Origin: Scyliorhinus canicula
Lineage: Eukaryota
Direction: 5' to 3'
Assembly: GCF_902713615.1 (NCBI RefSeq)
Contig: NC_052152.1
Span: forward strand, 95,372,053-95,436,052
DNA: 64,000 nucleotides
Position numbers and translations under genes: made by a program
The notes under the pieces: generated by a model
Database searches by the model: none
What the model saw: only the letters and a program-made list of their open reading frames with translations
What the model was told of the DNA's origin: nothing
Shown here: positions 36,190 to 47,634 of the stretch, piece by piece
How the letters are laid out: each line of letters opens with the position of its first letter
Numbering within the stretch: the stretch's first letter is position 1

Positions 36190-37830
36190 ATCACGAAGAA
36201 AAGCCCGCCCCAACCTCCCTGCCATTCCCCTCCATCCACCCTATCCCTCATTTTGACTCCCATAACCCCTCCCCCGCCCCCCGAACTGCTGAAGAAGTCA
36301 ATAAACGGCTTCCATCTCCGGTAAACCCTCCCCACTGACCCTCTCAAGGCGAACTTGATTTTTTTCCAACTTAAGGAATTCCACAATGTCGCTCATCTAC
36401 ACCCCCAGCTTCGGCGAAGTCTCATTCCAGCAAAATCCGTCTCCGGGCTACCGAGAGACGAAGGCCAAGACATTTGCCTCTCTCGCCCCCTGGACTCCCG
36501 GGTCTTCCGACACTCGAAAATCACCACTTATGGACTCAGGACCACTTCAGTATCTCAGACATAATGTCAGCGAACCCCTGTCAGAATCCCTCCAGCTTCG
36601 GACAAGCCCTAAACATGTGGACATGATTTGCAGGCCTCCCCGCGCACCACGCACATGAGTCCTCCAACCCCTTGAAGAACCTGCTCATTCTGGCCACCGT
36701 CATATGCGCCCCATGAATCACTTTGAATTGAATAAGGTTAAGGCCAGCACACAAAGCCTGGTTCACTCTCCTCAAAGCCTCCTCCCATGACCCAGCCTCC
36801 ACCTCCCTCCCCTCCTCCTCCTCCCACTTACATTTACCTTCTCCTATTGTGGCTCCCTTCCAATTCATTAATTCCTTATAAATCTCCGACACCCTACCCT
36901 CACCAGCTCCTGTTTCCAACACCACCTTGTCCTGCAGCCCCGGGGGCAGCAGGTCGGGAAAGGACAACACCTGCTTCCTGACATAATCCCAGGCCTGTAA
37001 GTATGGAACCCATTCTCGCTGGGCAGCTCATACTCCTCTTCCAGTCCCTCCAGGCTCAAGAAGCTTGATGTACCGTCAATTGAACGCGAGACGAGTTGCT
37101 GTACAAAAGTATGGCTTTAATCAGCTAGATATTAGCCCTGCGGTCAACTACAGTAAATGGACGACCGCCGGAAGTACTGGGTATTTATACCCCGCCCTGG
37201 AGGCGGGGTTAACTCAGCCTCTCGACCAATCGGGGAGCCGTCACATGACTGGTCTCAACCAATCGGTTGAGAGGCATATGACCGACCAGGGCCAATGGTA
37301 AGCCGGTGTTCTGCACCAATGGCAGGCAGCTATGTTAATCATACCACCACGAAGCTGTCCCCACAAATAAGTCCCAAGACCGTTCGATCACCGGAACTCC
37401 GCAGCCAAACCCCCCCCCAGGTGAAAATCTTTGATTCCCACAAATCGGTGTTCACACCGAGGCACCCTCCAACCTGAGGTGCTGCCGCCACTGTTTGTAC
37501 ACCCTCAAAGCCGCCGCCACCATGCTCGTGGAGTACCTGGCCAGTTAGAAGGGCAGAGGCGTTGTCAGTAATGCCCCTAAGCTTGTGCTATTACAAGAGG
37601 ATGCCTTCATCCGCTCCCACACCGACCCCACCCCCACTATCCGCTTCCTAACCATGGCTATTCGCTGCCCACTAATAGTTCATTATGTTTGGCAAGGCCA
37701 ACCCGCTCCCCACACCCCCCCACGTCCCCGTTGCAACAGCGCCCTCTTTACCCATGGGGATTTCCCTGCCCACACAAACCCCCAAATCAGGGCATTTACT
37801 TTCCTAAAATAGACCTTTGGGATAAATATC
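36190..37830 (-). mobile_element. L1/Tx1 ORF2 3' fragment
   Basis: IFIPKVYFRKVNALIWGFVWAGK..; zf-RVT FKVIHGAHMT..CAWC..HMFRACP. Confidence 0.8.
37066..37351 (-). repeat. solo LTR (286 bp) with 5-bp TSD, same type as 10907-11143
   Basis: TSD AAGCT at 37061-37065 and 37352-37356; ends TGATG..TCAATT and ..ACCAC(G) resemble the 10907-11143 LTR. Confidence 0.85.
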
Positions 37831-38363
37831 AGATGGCCAGTCCCGTCGGCGTGAATTACCCACGTCACGCACAGTGGGACCTGGCAGGTAAGTATGCGGG
37901 GGTGATCCTCGGGGAGGCGGGAGGGCATCGACCCGGGGGGGGGGGCACGGCAGCCTGGTCCGCGATCAGGGCCTACCGATCTGTGGGCAGGCTTGTTCCG
38001 TAGGGGGGCTTCTTTCCTCTGCCCCGAGCCCCTGTAGGTTTCCGCCATATTGCCCGGGAGACGGCACGGAGAAGAGAACCACCTCGTCCATGCGCGGAAA
38101 TACGCCGGCTGGTCTGCGCATGCATGGAAACATGCCGACTGGCCCGCACATGCGGGAGATCACGCCGGCTGTTCCGCGCATGCGCAAACTCGCGCCGGCC
38201 CTTTGCCGCTGGCTGGAGCGGCGCCAACCGCTCCAGCGTCTACCTAACCCCCGAAGGTTCGGAGAATTCCTCACTTTCGGGTGCTGTTTACGCCGGAGTG
38301 GTTGGCGCTGGCATTTTCCTGCCGGTGTGGGGACTTAGTCCCCAGAAAGGAGAATCCCTGCCC
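37830..38363. mobile_element. partial Harbinger-type MITE
   Basis: Ends GGAGAATCCCTGCCC; CGCATGCG-type repeats; similar to the reverse complement of 41088-41803. Confidence 0.7.
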
Positions 38364-38390
38364 TGAAGTGTGAATATTTGAAAGACACAG

Positions 38391-40178
38391 GGTGGGTTTC
38401 TCCGTTGGCCAACCCAAAATCAGTTCAGGCGATTGAGCGGAGAATAGGTTCCAACGCCAAACTCATGGCAGGCGCCGATTTGACATCAAACACTTGTACC
38501 TTTAAAAGTCGTGAAACTGGCGTGGTGACTGCTGGGAGAGAGAAAGGAGGTAGGATCCGGAGAGGAGCGACTGCGGGCTGCCAGGCCAGAAATTGGCCGT
38601 GCTGGCTGGCGTGGGGGAGGCCCTGCCAGGGCAGGGAGAGCGGGGGGGCGGGGGGGGAGAGGTGGAGGGGAACAGCCCAAGTGGCCGGGGTGACCCCCCC
38701 ACAGGACTGGGACGGTGTCCAGGCAGGGGACCCCTGCAGTGGCCATCTTGCTGCACAGCCACTGACCACTCACCTTGGCCCCTGGTTCTGCAGTGTGACA
38801 CCGGCCATATGGGTGTTCCCACCTCCCCATCTCCGCACGCCACCACCCCGCCACACCAACCTCCCAGCCCAACTAGCCCCCCCGGCCGTCACCCACCAGT
38901 GGCCCACCCAGGACAACACCCAGAGTAGGTCCTGCCAACCAACGGTCCCCCTGAAATCAGGAATGGGCGCCAGGGTTAGAGGCCCCTATGGAACCGGACA
39001 CCAACAGGGTCAGGGGTGAAGAGATGGGAGGGGGAAATAACATGCTGCGGCTGAACCCACAGTGCCAAACGGGGCCACCATGTAGCCCGGTGAACCGGTT
39101 TGGGCAGGGGAGCATGGACCATGCTAACATGTCGACCTTTCACCCCTTGCAGATAATGGATATTGGGATTCAATCAGCAATGGTGGCCTTCCTGCTGATC
39201 GCCGCAGCCCTGGGTGGTGCCCTGAGGCTGTACGAGCTGGAGGTGCTCAAGGAAGAAGAGGAAGGTGCAGCAGCGGAACAGGCAGCAGCAGAGCAGGCAG
39301 CAGAGGGTCAGATGGCAGCCACCTAAGATGCAGAGCGAGTCACCCTACAGGCCGAGGAGGAGGAGGTGCCAAGCAGGTGCCGCATGAGGCCTCGTGTGCC
39401 GGCACTGCCTGTCATTCGAAGACCTGCCGGACCGGGCATGCCATCGAAGACTCCAGCTGAGCAGAGTCAGTGCAACATATCTGCCAGATGATGGCACAAC
39501 TTGCACCATGGGGGTATGGGGGAGGAGACCCGCTCACAGTGGCCGTCAAGGCGATGGTCACCCTGAACCTCTACATAACGGGGTCTTTCCAGGCGCCGAA
39601 TGGGAAACTGTCCGGTATCTCACAGACCTCGGTGCACAGGTACATCCGCGCCGTCACGGAGGCCCTATCTGCCAAGGCGGATCAATATGTCCATTCAATG
39701 TGGACCGAGCCCACCAGGATGCCTGGGCAGCTGGGTTCGTCGCCATCGGCCGGATGCCCCAGGTCCAGGGGGTGATCGACGGGATCCATGTCCCCGAATG
39801 AGCACGAGTGCCAGGGACACACTGCTGCCTACTCACCCGGGATGTAGGGTCATCCGCTGCTCCTCCACCATGCCCAACAGGGTCTCCAGCTCGGCGTCGG
39901 TAAAGCATGGAGCTGCTTTCCTCGCTGCCATCCTATTGGCTAGGATAGTGTGTGGGGAATGAAGTGCGTATTTGCAGCTGCAGCTTGTCAGCCTCCTGAG
40001 TGTCAATCGCGAAACCGGTGAAACCGGCACCAGTTCCCATTAGAATTGTTTGTGTTCATGTGGCCCCGGTGCTAGCCCCTTAACGGAATCAGTGCGGGTG
40101 CGCCTCGGTTTTTCTGTTGTAAAATTCCACGGATTCTGCTTTGGCGTCAGCACTTAGTCTCAAACGGAGAATCCTGCC
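38391..40178. mobile_element. internally deleted Harbinger element (5' transposase on +, 5' Myb gene on -)
   Basis: Imperfect TIRs GGTGGGTTTCTCCG / CGGAGAATCCTGCC flanked by CAG; LNLYITGSFQ..VQGVIDGIHVP (+); MAARKAAPCFTDAELETLL (-). Confidence 0.85.
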
Positions 40179-40267
40179 CAGTCTTCAAATTCAGAAATAG
40201 TGCTGCAAAAAATAAACAAACGCGGAACATCAAAAGATATCTCTGAGAACGTTAATCTGGAAAAGAA

Positions 40268-41010
40268 GAAGATGGAAAGTTTGAAAACTGAGCACTTTCG
40301 ATCTGTGCGTATTCAGGACCCGGACCTTCCCGTTGCTTGCCATTTTAACACAAGACTCTGCTCCCAAGCCCACATGTCTGACCTTGGCCTGCTGCAATGT
40401 TCCAGTGAAGCTCAACGCAAACTGGAGGAACTGCATCTCATCTTCTGGTCAGGCATGCTACAGCCTTCCGGTCTCAGCAGCGAATTCAACAACTTCAGAT
40501 GATTAGCTCGACTCCACCGCAATCCCTTTGTTTTCATTCCATTTCATTATAACGTCTTTTACCTTTTATTTCTTTTTTGACTTTCTTTATATATAGATTC
40601 TCCCCCATATCTTATCCCCCTCTCCTTACCTTTTCTCCCCTTTGCTTGTCCTCTCCCCCCTACATCTGTCACAGTTTACTCTCTGATTTTAGTTTCTCCA
40701 TTTGGCCTTTCACACCTTTTATTCTCTCGAGGGACTGCCATTAGCACTCTTTTCCCACGGTTTCTGTGGCTATGACTCATCTCTTAGTCCCTCACCTATA
40801 GTATAAATATCTCCCATTTTCTATGTCTTTTAGCTTTGACAAAGTGTCACCTCGACTTGAAACCTTGAACCATTTCACCTGAGGTGCAAGCTAGTGTTTG
40901 AAACAAACCTGTTGGACTTTAACCTGGTGTAAAACTTGAAAAGTCAGCTCTTTTCTCTCCCTACAGATGCTGCCAGACCTGCTGAGATTTTCCAGCATTT
41001 TCTCTCTTTG
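40268..41010 (+). mobile_element. 5'-truncated Penelope element, same family as 30845-32200
   Basis: EHFRSVRIQDPDLPVACHFN..EFNNFR, then 3' UTR/pLTR containing a fragment of a second Penelope family (~40870-40930). Confidence 0.85.
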
Positions 41011-43460
41011 GGTTCTTGAAGGACGATAATGGTCAGAAAATTAATACATTAGGGATGTGTGAACTTGAGGTCCAAGTAAAAGATAAAGGGCGGGATTCTC
41101 CCGCACTTGGCGCGATGGCCTGACGCCGGCTCCAAGAGCAGCGCGAACCACTCCAGCACGCCGCGAACCACTCCGGTGTCGGGTCACCCGGAAGTTGGGG
41201 AATCCTCCGCACTTCCGGGGTCTAGGCCGGCAGCGGAGGGGTTAGAGCCGTCCAACTGGAGCTGAAGGGCCGCTGTGGGCCGGCGCAAGTTGGCGCATGC
41301 GCAGAACCGCCGCCGTGTTCTGCCGCATGCGCAGAACTGCCGGCGTGTTTCCTGCGCATGCGCAGGGGGTTCTTCTCTGCGGCGGCCATGGTGGAGCCCT
41401 ACAGAGGCTGGCGCAAAGGGAAAGAGTGCCCCCATGGCACAGGCCCACCTGCAGATCGGTGGGCCCCGATCACAGGCCAGGCCACCGTGGGGGCTGCCCC
41501 CGGGGCCGGATTCCCCCCCCCCCCCCCGAGGACCCCGCTAGACGGCCGACAACCAGGTTCCACCGTGATGGACCATGACCATTTCACGCCGGCGGGAATG
41601 GCCAAAAGCGGGCGGCCGCTCAGCCCATCGGGACCCGGAGAATTGTCGGGGGGGCTGCTGCTAACGGCCCCTGACCGGCGTGGCGTGATCCCCGCCCGAA
41701 AACCGGCGCTGGAGAATTTGACAGCCAGCGTCGGAGTGGCAGGCAGGATTCATGCCACCCCCGGCGATTCTCCGACCCAGCGGGGGGTCGGAGAATCCCG
41801 CCCATTGTTCACAAAGTCAAATTCTCCATAGTAGCTAAAGATTGTGAGTCGCTGTTCGGTGTTGAAGTGTGTGAAGCACTGGAACTAGTTAAAAGAATAT
41901 ATAGCATTAACTGTGCACTGAGCACACATAGCATATGGTGGAGTCCATTGTGTAGGCTTTCCCAGAAGTTTTCCAGGGTTTTAGTGTTTTGCCTTTCACC
42001 AGTCGCAAATGCATCCAGATCAATGACAGAGTCTGAGCGTTGCTGTGCTAAAATTGAAAGAGAATGTCGAGGATTAGTCAACGGATTAGAGAAATTCCAC
42101 AGTTACGTGTATGGCCTGCCTACTTTCATTGCACAGACAGATCACAGACCGTTGGTAGCCATAGTCAAGAAACACCTCAGTGAAATGTCACCTCACATCC
42201 GAATGATGATGACAAAACTTCAAAGGTATGACTTTGACATGATCTGTACACCGGGCAAGAACATTGTAGATACGCTATCCAGAGCTACAGATGCACTGGA
42301 TGACAATTCCATGGGAGAGGATGTGCAAGTGCGTGAGGATATGATCACAGAGACACTGCCACTGTCAGATGCAAAAGCAAAATTGATTGTTGCAGAAATG
42401 GAAAAAGGTGAAGTTCTGCAAATGGTGATACATAATCTCAACAATGGATGGCTGAAAGGTTCATGCTCCATGTGTCACAATATAGGATCAGAGCTAAGTG
42501 TAGCAAATGGTTTGTTACTAAGACAACAGAGAATCATTATTCCCCAGTCTCTGCACAAAGAAATACTGTAAAAGATTCATTAGGCTCACCTTAGAATCAA
42601 GCAATGTAAGGGAAGAGTGCGAGATGTGGTACATTACCCAGCAATAAATAAAGATATACAGACAATGGTGGAAAAGTATACCACTTGTCATCGATACCAG
42701 CATCGAGAAACAAAGGAACCAATGGAGATGGGCAAAATTGTGTCAGTTCCTTGGCAAAAGATGGGGATAGACTTATTCTACCTTGAAGAAAAAGAATATT
42801 TGCTAATAATCGACTACTATTCAAACTATCCTGAAATGGCACAGTTGTCAAGCTCGTCAGCCAATTGTGTTTCTATGCACACAAAAGCAATATTTGCACG
42901 TCATGGCATTCCTCAGGTGGTCATGAGTGATGATGGTCCGTGTTTCAATTGTAAAGAACGGAAGGCATTTGCACAGCATTATGACTTCAGACATGTAGCA
43001 TCAGGTCCATTGTATCCTCAGTCAAATGGAAAGGCAGAAAAAGGTGTACAGATAGTTAAACAACAACTGAAAAATCTATGGGCAGTCAAGATGATCCATA
43101 CCTGGCATTGCTCAGCTATCGAGCATCACCTTTAAGTAGTGGTTTGTCGCCATCAGGACTGTTAATGAGTCAAAACCTACGAACAACTCTGCCATGCCAT
43201 ACCAAACAGCAAATAAATGACAAGAAAAGGAATCAGCAGCAATCTGAAAAGAAGCAGAAGAGTTACTATGACAAATCAACGAGGGCTCTGCAACTTTTAA
43301 ATCTGAATGAAGTAGTGAGGATGGAGGATCCTGATGGCTGATTAAATGTGCAACAGTATTACAGAAAATAGGTCCGAGATCATACACTGTAATCACGGAG
43401 CAAGAACAGATACTATGGAGGAACAGAAGGCCTCTCTTGAAAGTTAAACAACCTATTGCT
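41011..43460 (+). pseudogene. pol: Gypsy pol remnant (PR end, RT deleted, RH, IN), interrupted by a MITE
   Basis: NGQKINTLGMCEL..; PVANASRSMTESE..TDHRPL; PWQKMGIDLF..IDYYSNY..SDDGPCF..YPQSNGKAE. Confidence 0.85.
41088..41803. mobile_element. Harbinger-type MITE
   Basis: TIRs GGGCGGGATTCTCC / GGAGAATCCCGCCC; GC/CpG-rich; interrupts the protease frame. Confidence 0.85.
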
Positions 43461-44515
43461 TAACTGCAAGCAGATAATGTCTATGAAAACTTATACCAGT
43501 TGCACCTACAGAAATGCAAGACTGTCAAGCAGATTCATCAAATCCATCGAAGCTAAGAAGATCAACAAGTCATAAAAAGAAACCGGAAAGACTGATTCTG
43601 TAATTGGACAATATAGCTGTACGTCATATAAATTATTGTGCTATGCATATCATACATAATATTTGTTGAAATGATGTATATATGTTTTATTCAAAATCTC
43701 AAGGAAAGGGGATGTATAAGCAATTGTACATGTAAATATCTGGGGCGCGATTCTCCGATGTAACGACGGTTGGGAGAATCGCGGGCCGCGGCACTTTTTC
43801 ACGCGACGCCGGTCCGACGCGCTCCCGCTATTCTCCGTGTTTCGCGCACAGAAACACGGAGAATCGCCCGATGCATCCAAAATGGCGATTCTCCGGCACC
43901 CCCGCTATTCTCCGGCCCGGATAGGCCGAAGTCCCGACGTTGTGACGCCAGGTCACGCCGTCGCCGTCCACACCTGCTTTTTAAAGTTGCCAGCCAGTCC
44001 TGCTGGCTGACGAGGAGTGAGGAGGTGAGCGGACCATCCCGGAGTCTCCGCAGACTGGGGAAGGTATCCCCGAGAACGCTACGGCCAGTGGGGGGGGGGG
44101 GGGGGGGGGGGGGAAGAGAGGGAGAAGTGGGAGGGGGGAAGAGAGAGGGAGAAGTGGGGGGGAGAGGGAGAAGTGGGAGGGGGGGGGAGAGCGAGTAGTG
44201 AGGGGGGGGAGAGGGAGTGAGTGGAGTGGGTCGTCCAGCCCCGGATGCCGTGGCAGGACGGTGACGAGGACACGGCCGCTGGTTGCCCTGTGGCTAATGG
44301 CCACAGCCCACTGACGCACCGGTGAGGAGGACGTGTTGTTAACTGCCCGTTGGATGCAGAAAGTAACCAGGGGTTAGGCTGGCCGCATGTCAGCAGTGCG
44401 ACCAGGCCACCGGGACACACAGGTATCCCGTGGCAGGTGGCTGCCGAGGTGTCGAATAACCTCCGTCTAACATGTCATTTCTCTGCCCCCCACCACCCTT
44501 CTGTAGGTGACGATA

Positions 44516-45772
44516 ATGTATTCTAACCGAACAGCTATATTCAGCGCAGTGGTTGGGGCCGCTGCACTGCAGTTGAACATACAGCAGCGTCCACAGCGAC
44601 ATCCCACAGTGGATGCAGGGGCAGCTGCAGGAGCAGAGGGAATGGCCGCGGAGTGGCCTGTCGTCGAACAGCATGGGGGGGGTGGGGGGGAGGAGGAGGA
44701 GGAGGAGGAGACATTGATGGTGGAGCCAGGGTGCCAGAGGCGACGAGCGAGGCCTAGGATGTATCGTTGCCGGATCTTTTTCGAGACAATGCCGGACGTC
44801 ACCTGCAGGAGGAGACTCCGGTTGAGCAGAGAGATGGTGATACATATCTGTCACCTCGTGGCGCACCTTGCCCCACGTGGAACAGGAGGAGGACACGCGA
44901 TCCTGGTTGCCGTCAAGGTGACGGTGGCACTTGACTTTTATGCTACCGGCTCCTTCCAGTCTCCGAGCGGGGACCTATCCAGGATCTCGCAGTCATCGGT
45001 GCACAGGTGCATCCGGGATGTGACCGACGCCCTATATGCCATCGCCGACCGCTACATCACCTTTCCAGAGGATAGAGCAAATCAAGAAGCACGAGCCCGT
45101 GGATTTGCCAGCGTGGCCGGGATACTGATGGTCCAGGGGGTCATTGATTGTGTTCACGTCCCCATGCGCCCGCCTGCAGGCAACAGGGAAGTGTTCACAA
45201 ACAGGAGGGGGACATACTCCATGAGCATCCAGGTGGTATGCGACCCCCACATGAAGATCATGCACGTGTGCGCAAGGTTCCCAGGGAGTGTGCATGATGC
45301 GTACATTCTTGTGCAGTCATTCATCCCTGCTATGTTTGAGGGACGGCCCCCCCGGCTGAGGGGCTGGTTGCTGGGCGACAGGGGTTATCCACTGAGGTCT
45401 TGGCTGATGACGCCAATACGGAGGCCTCAGACCAACGCGGAGACCCTTTACAATGAGGCCCATGCAGCAACCAGGGGTGTGGTGGAGCGCTGCTTTGGTC
45501 TGCTGAAAATGCGATGCAGGTGCCTGGACCGCTCCGGAGGGGCCCTGCAGTACCAGCCTGAGAGGGTCGCTCGCATTGTTCTGGTCTGCTGTGCGCTGCA
45601 CAACATCGTGATGCAGAGGGGCGATGCCCTGGTGGAGGAGCGGAGGGAGAAGCCACTGGCAGTGGTGCCAACACGGAGACGGAGGAGGAGGAGGAGGAGG
45701 AGGAGGAGGAGGAGTTGGAGGAGGTTGGTGGTGTGTTGGGTGCAGCACACAGACACGGCCGGGTGCTGGTAA
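44516..45772 (+). CDS. Harbinger DDE transposase (HARBI1-like); core open, C-terminal tail frameshifted
   Basis: FYATGSFQ, GVIDCVHV, PGSVHDA, LLGDRGYP, YNEAHAATRGVVERCFGLLK, CCALHN. Splice acceptor (CTAAC..pyrimidines..TAG 44506) just upstream of the ATG. Confidence 0.9.
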   Translation: MYSNRTAIFSAVVGAAALQLNIQQRPQRHPTVDAGAAAGAEGMAAEWPVVEQHGGGGGEEEEEEETLMVEPGCQRRRARPRMYRCRIFFETMPDVTCRRRLRLSREMVIHICHLVAHLAPRGTGGGHAILVAVKVTVALDFYATGSFQSPSGDLSRISQSSVHRCIRDVTDALYAIADRYITFPEDRANQEARARGFASVAGILMVQGVIDCVHVPMRPPAGNREVFTNRRGTYSMSIQVVCDPHMKIMHVCARFPGSVHDAYILVQSFIPAMFEGRPPRLRGWLLGDRGYPLRSWLMTPIRRPQTNAETLYNEAHAATRGVVERCFGLLKMRCRCLDRSGGALQYQPERVARIVLVCCALHNIVMQRGDALVEERREKPLAVVPTRRRRRRRRRRRRRSWRRLVVCWVQHTDTAGCW

Positions 45773-46489
45773 TGTCCAGGAGGCTGCACAACAGCACTGG
45801 CGAGGACAGCGGGCACGCGACGCCTTGGTGGCAGCAAGATTCACGCGCTGCGTGCGACTGCACCGCTGAACACTACCACTACCACCTGCATCGCCAGTCG
45901 TGCAGACGGTCAGCACACAACTCCCACCACCAAAAACCCTCCCTCCCCCCCTACCTCTACATCTAAGTGAATCCCCAGATGGTACAGCAGGAGTGGAGGC
46001 GGACTACTGAGAATTGCGCCCTGCAACATGTCTCCCCGTCAGCACTCGTTTCCTGGGGTGGCCCGGCCTTGATGGGCCAGGCTGCTCCGCGGGCGTTTCG
46101 GATGACGTGGTGCCACCCTGCTCTGCCCGCTGCCCACCCGATGCACCAGGGATGGGACGGGGGAGGCCGAGCGTTCAGGGACATCCCATGATGGAGTTAA
46201 GGGGACGGGCCCTGGAACCTCCTCCTCCCTCGGGGAGCCCGGTGGCCCCCGGGCCTCACTGTGGGACAGAGGTGCGAGCGGGGAGGTGCCCCCCTCGCCC
46301 CACCGACACCTGGCGCTGCCAGTCCTGGAGGCCTGCCACCGTATCGACCAGGGTCCGAAGGTTCGCTGAGACGGAGTCCAGGGACTGAGACATTCCCGCC
46401 AGGGACTGTGTGACCTCAACCTGTGAGTGCGCGACGCCATCCAGCACGTGTGTCAGGCGGTCGATGCTCTCCGCGACTGACTGCTGGGA

Positions 46490-46640
46490 CGGTGCCATGG
46501 CCTGCTAGGACTGTGCCATGGCGTGCTGGGACTGGGCCATGGCCTGCTAGGAATGTGCCATGGCGTGCTGGGACTGTGCAATGGCCTGCTGGGACTGTGC
46601 CATGGCGTGCTGAGACTGGGCCATGGCCTGGTGAGACTCG
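46490..46640 (-). repeat. 21-bp tandem repeat encoding AQSQQAM-type heptads
   Basis: About 7 units of GCCATGGC(C/G)TGCTGGGACTGT. Confidence 0.9.
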
Positions 46641-47517
46641 GCCAGGGCCCGTAGCGCGTCGGCAATGTCGTTTTGGCTCTGGCGCATTGCTGCCTGTGAG
46701 AGGGCAGCCCTCACCAGGGCCATGGATGACGTGTGCACATTAAGCCCAACGCCTTGCATAACCTGACCCATGGCCGATACCGTTTCACCCATTGCCTCGA
46801 CCGCGGACACCACCCGTGCGGTGTCAGCCTGGGTGGCTGCCATGAGCGCACCACACCCTGCTCCTGGACGCGGTTTGACTCCTCTAACTGCGTCTGCAGC
46901 TGCTGGAAGACGGCCCTCATCCCGTCATTGTGTCCCTGGGTTTCAAAATGCATCGGCTGTCCACGTGGGTCGAGTAAATCCAGGAAGCCGGGAAACGTCT
47001 GGGAGCCAACTGGGTGCTGTGCCTGGGCTGCCCTCCGACCGTCCAGCCCCTCGGCTGCTCAGACCTCCACCAGCTGTCCCAGCTTAGCTGTGTGGTGCAC
47101 ACCAGACCGTGACCCTCATCACTTAATTGCCCAACCGAGGTGAGTGTCTCTGGGATGGTGAATGGTGTGGGAGACAGCAGTGCCGCAAGCTCTAGGTCCT
47201 CATCTTTCATAAAACCAGCAGTGTCCTCGTCCCAGTCATATCTGAGCGCAGGCTGCCCATGTCTGCCCATGTCTGGTTGTGCGTCAGGTGTGTCTGTTGG
47301 CTGTGTCGACGTCCTCTGTGCATCCTGCTCGACGGTCCCAGGTTGGGAGGATGGCACTCCTGGCTGACCTCCTGCCACCCTCTGGCGTGCGGCCCTGGGT
47401 GCGGTGGTCGTGGCAGATGGGCGCCTGTGTGTGGCAGCAGACGGCCCTGGACATTCGCCAGCACGCCCTAGGGAACAGAATAATACGGGGTTAGTTAGAC
47501 ACGCTCCACCGGGCGTA

Positions 47518-47634
47518 GGATGGTCCAGTGGGTAGCGTGTGAGGGGACAGAGGATGGGGGGTCCAGTGGATAGAGTGTGAGGGGAGAGAGGATGGGGGGT
47601 CCAGTGGGTAGAGTGTGAGGGGACAGAGGATGGG
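47518..47634. repeat. ~39-bp intronic minisatellite (3 units)
   Basis: GGATGGGGGGTCCAGTGGGTAGAGTGTGAGGGGACAGA repeats. Confidence 0.85.

Noticed and set aside
44516-45772. Domesticated host HARBI1 gene
   Set aside because: It lies within TIRs/TSD with a Myb partner, inside an LTR, and has several related decayed copies nearby.
46490-47634. CRISPR-like arrays
   Set aside because: Tandem repeats without unique spacers, in a vertebrate context.
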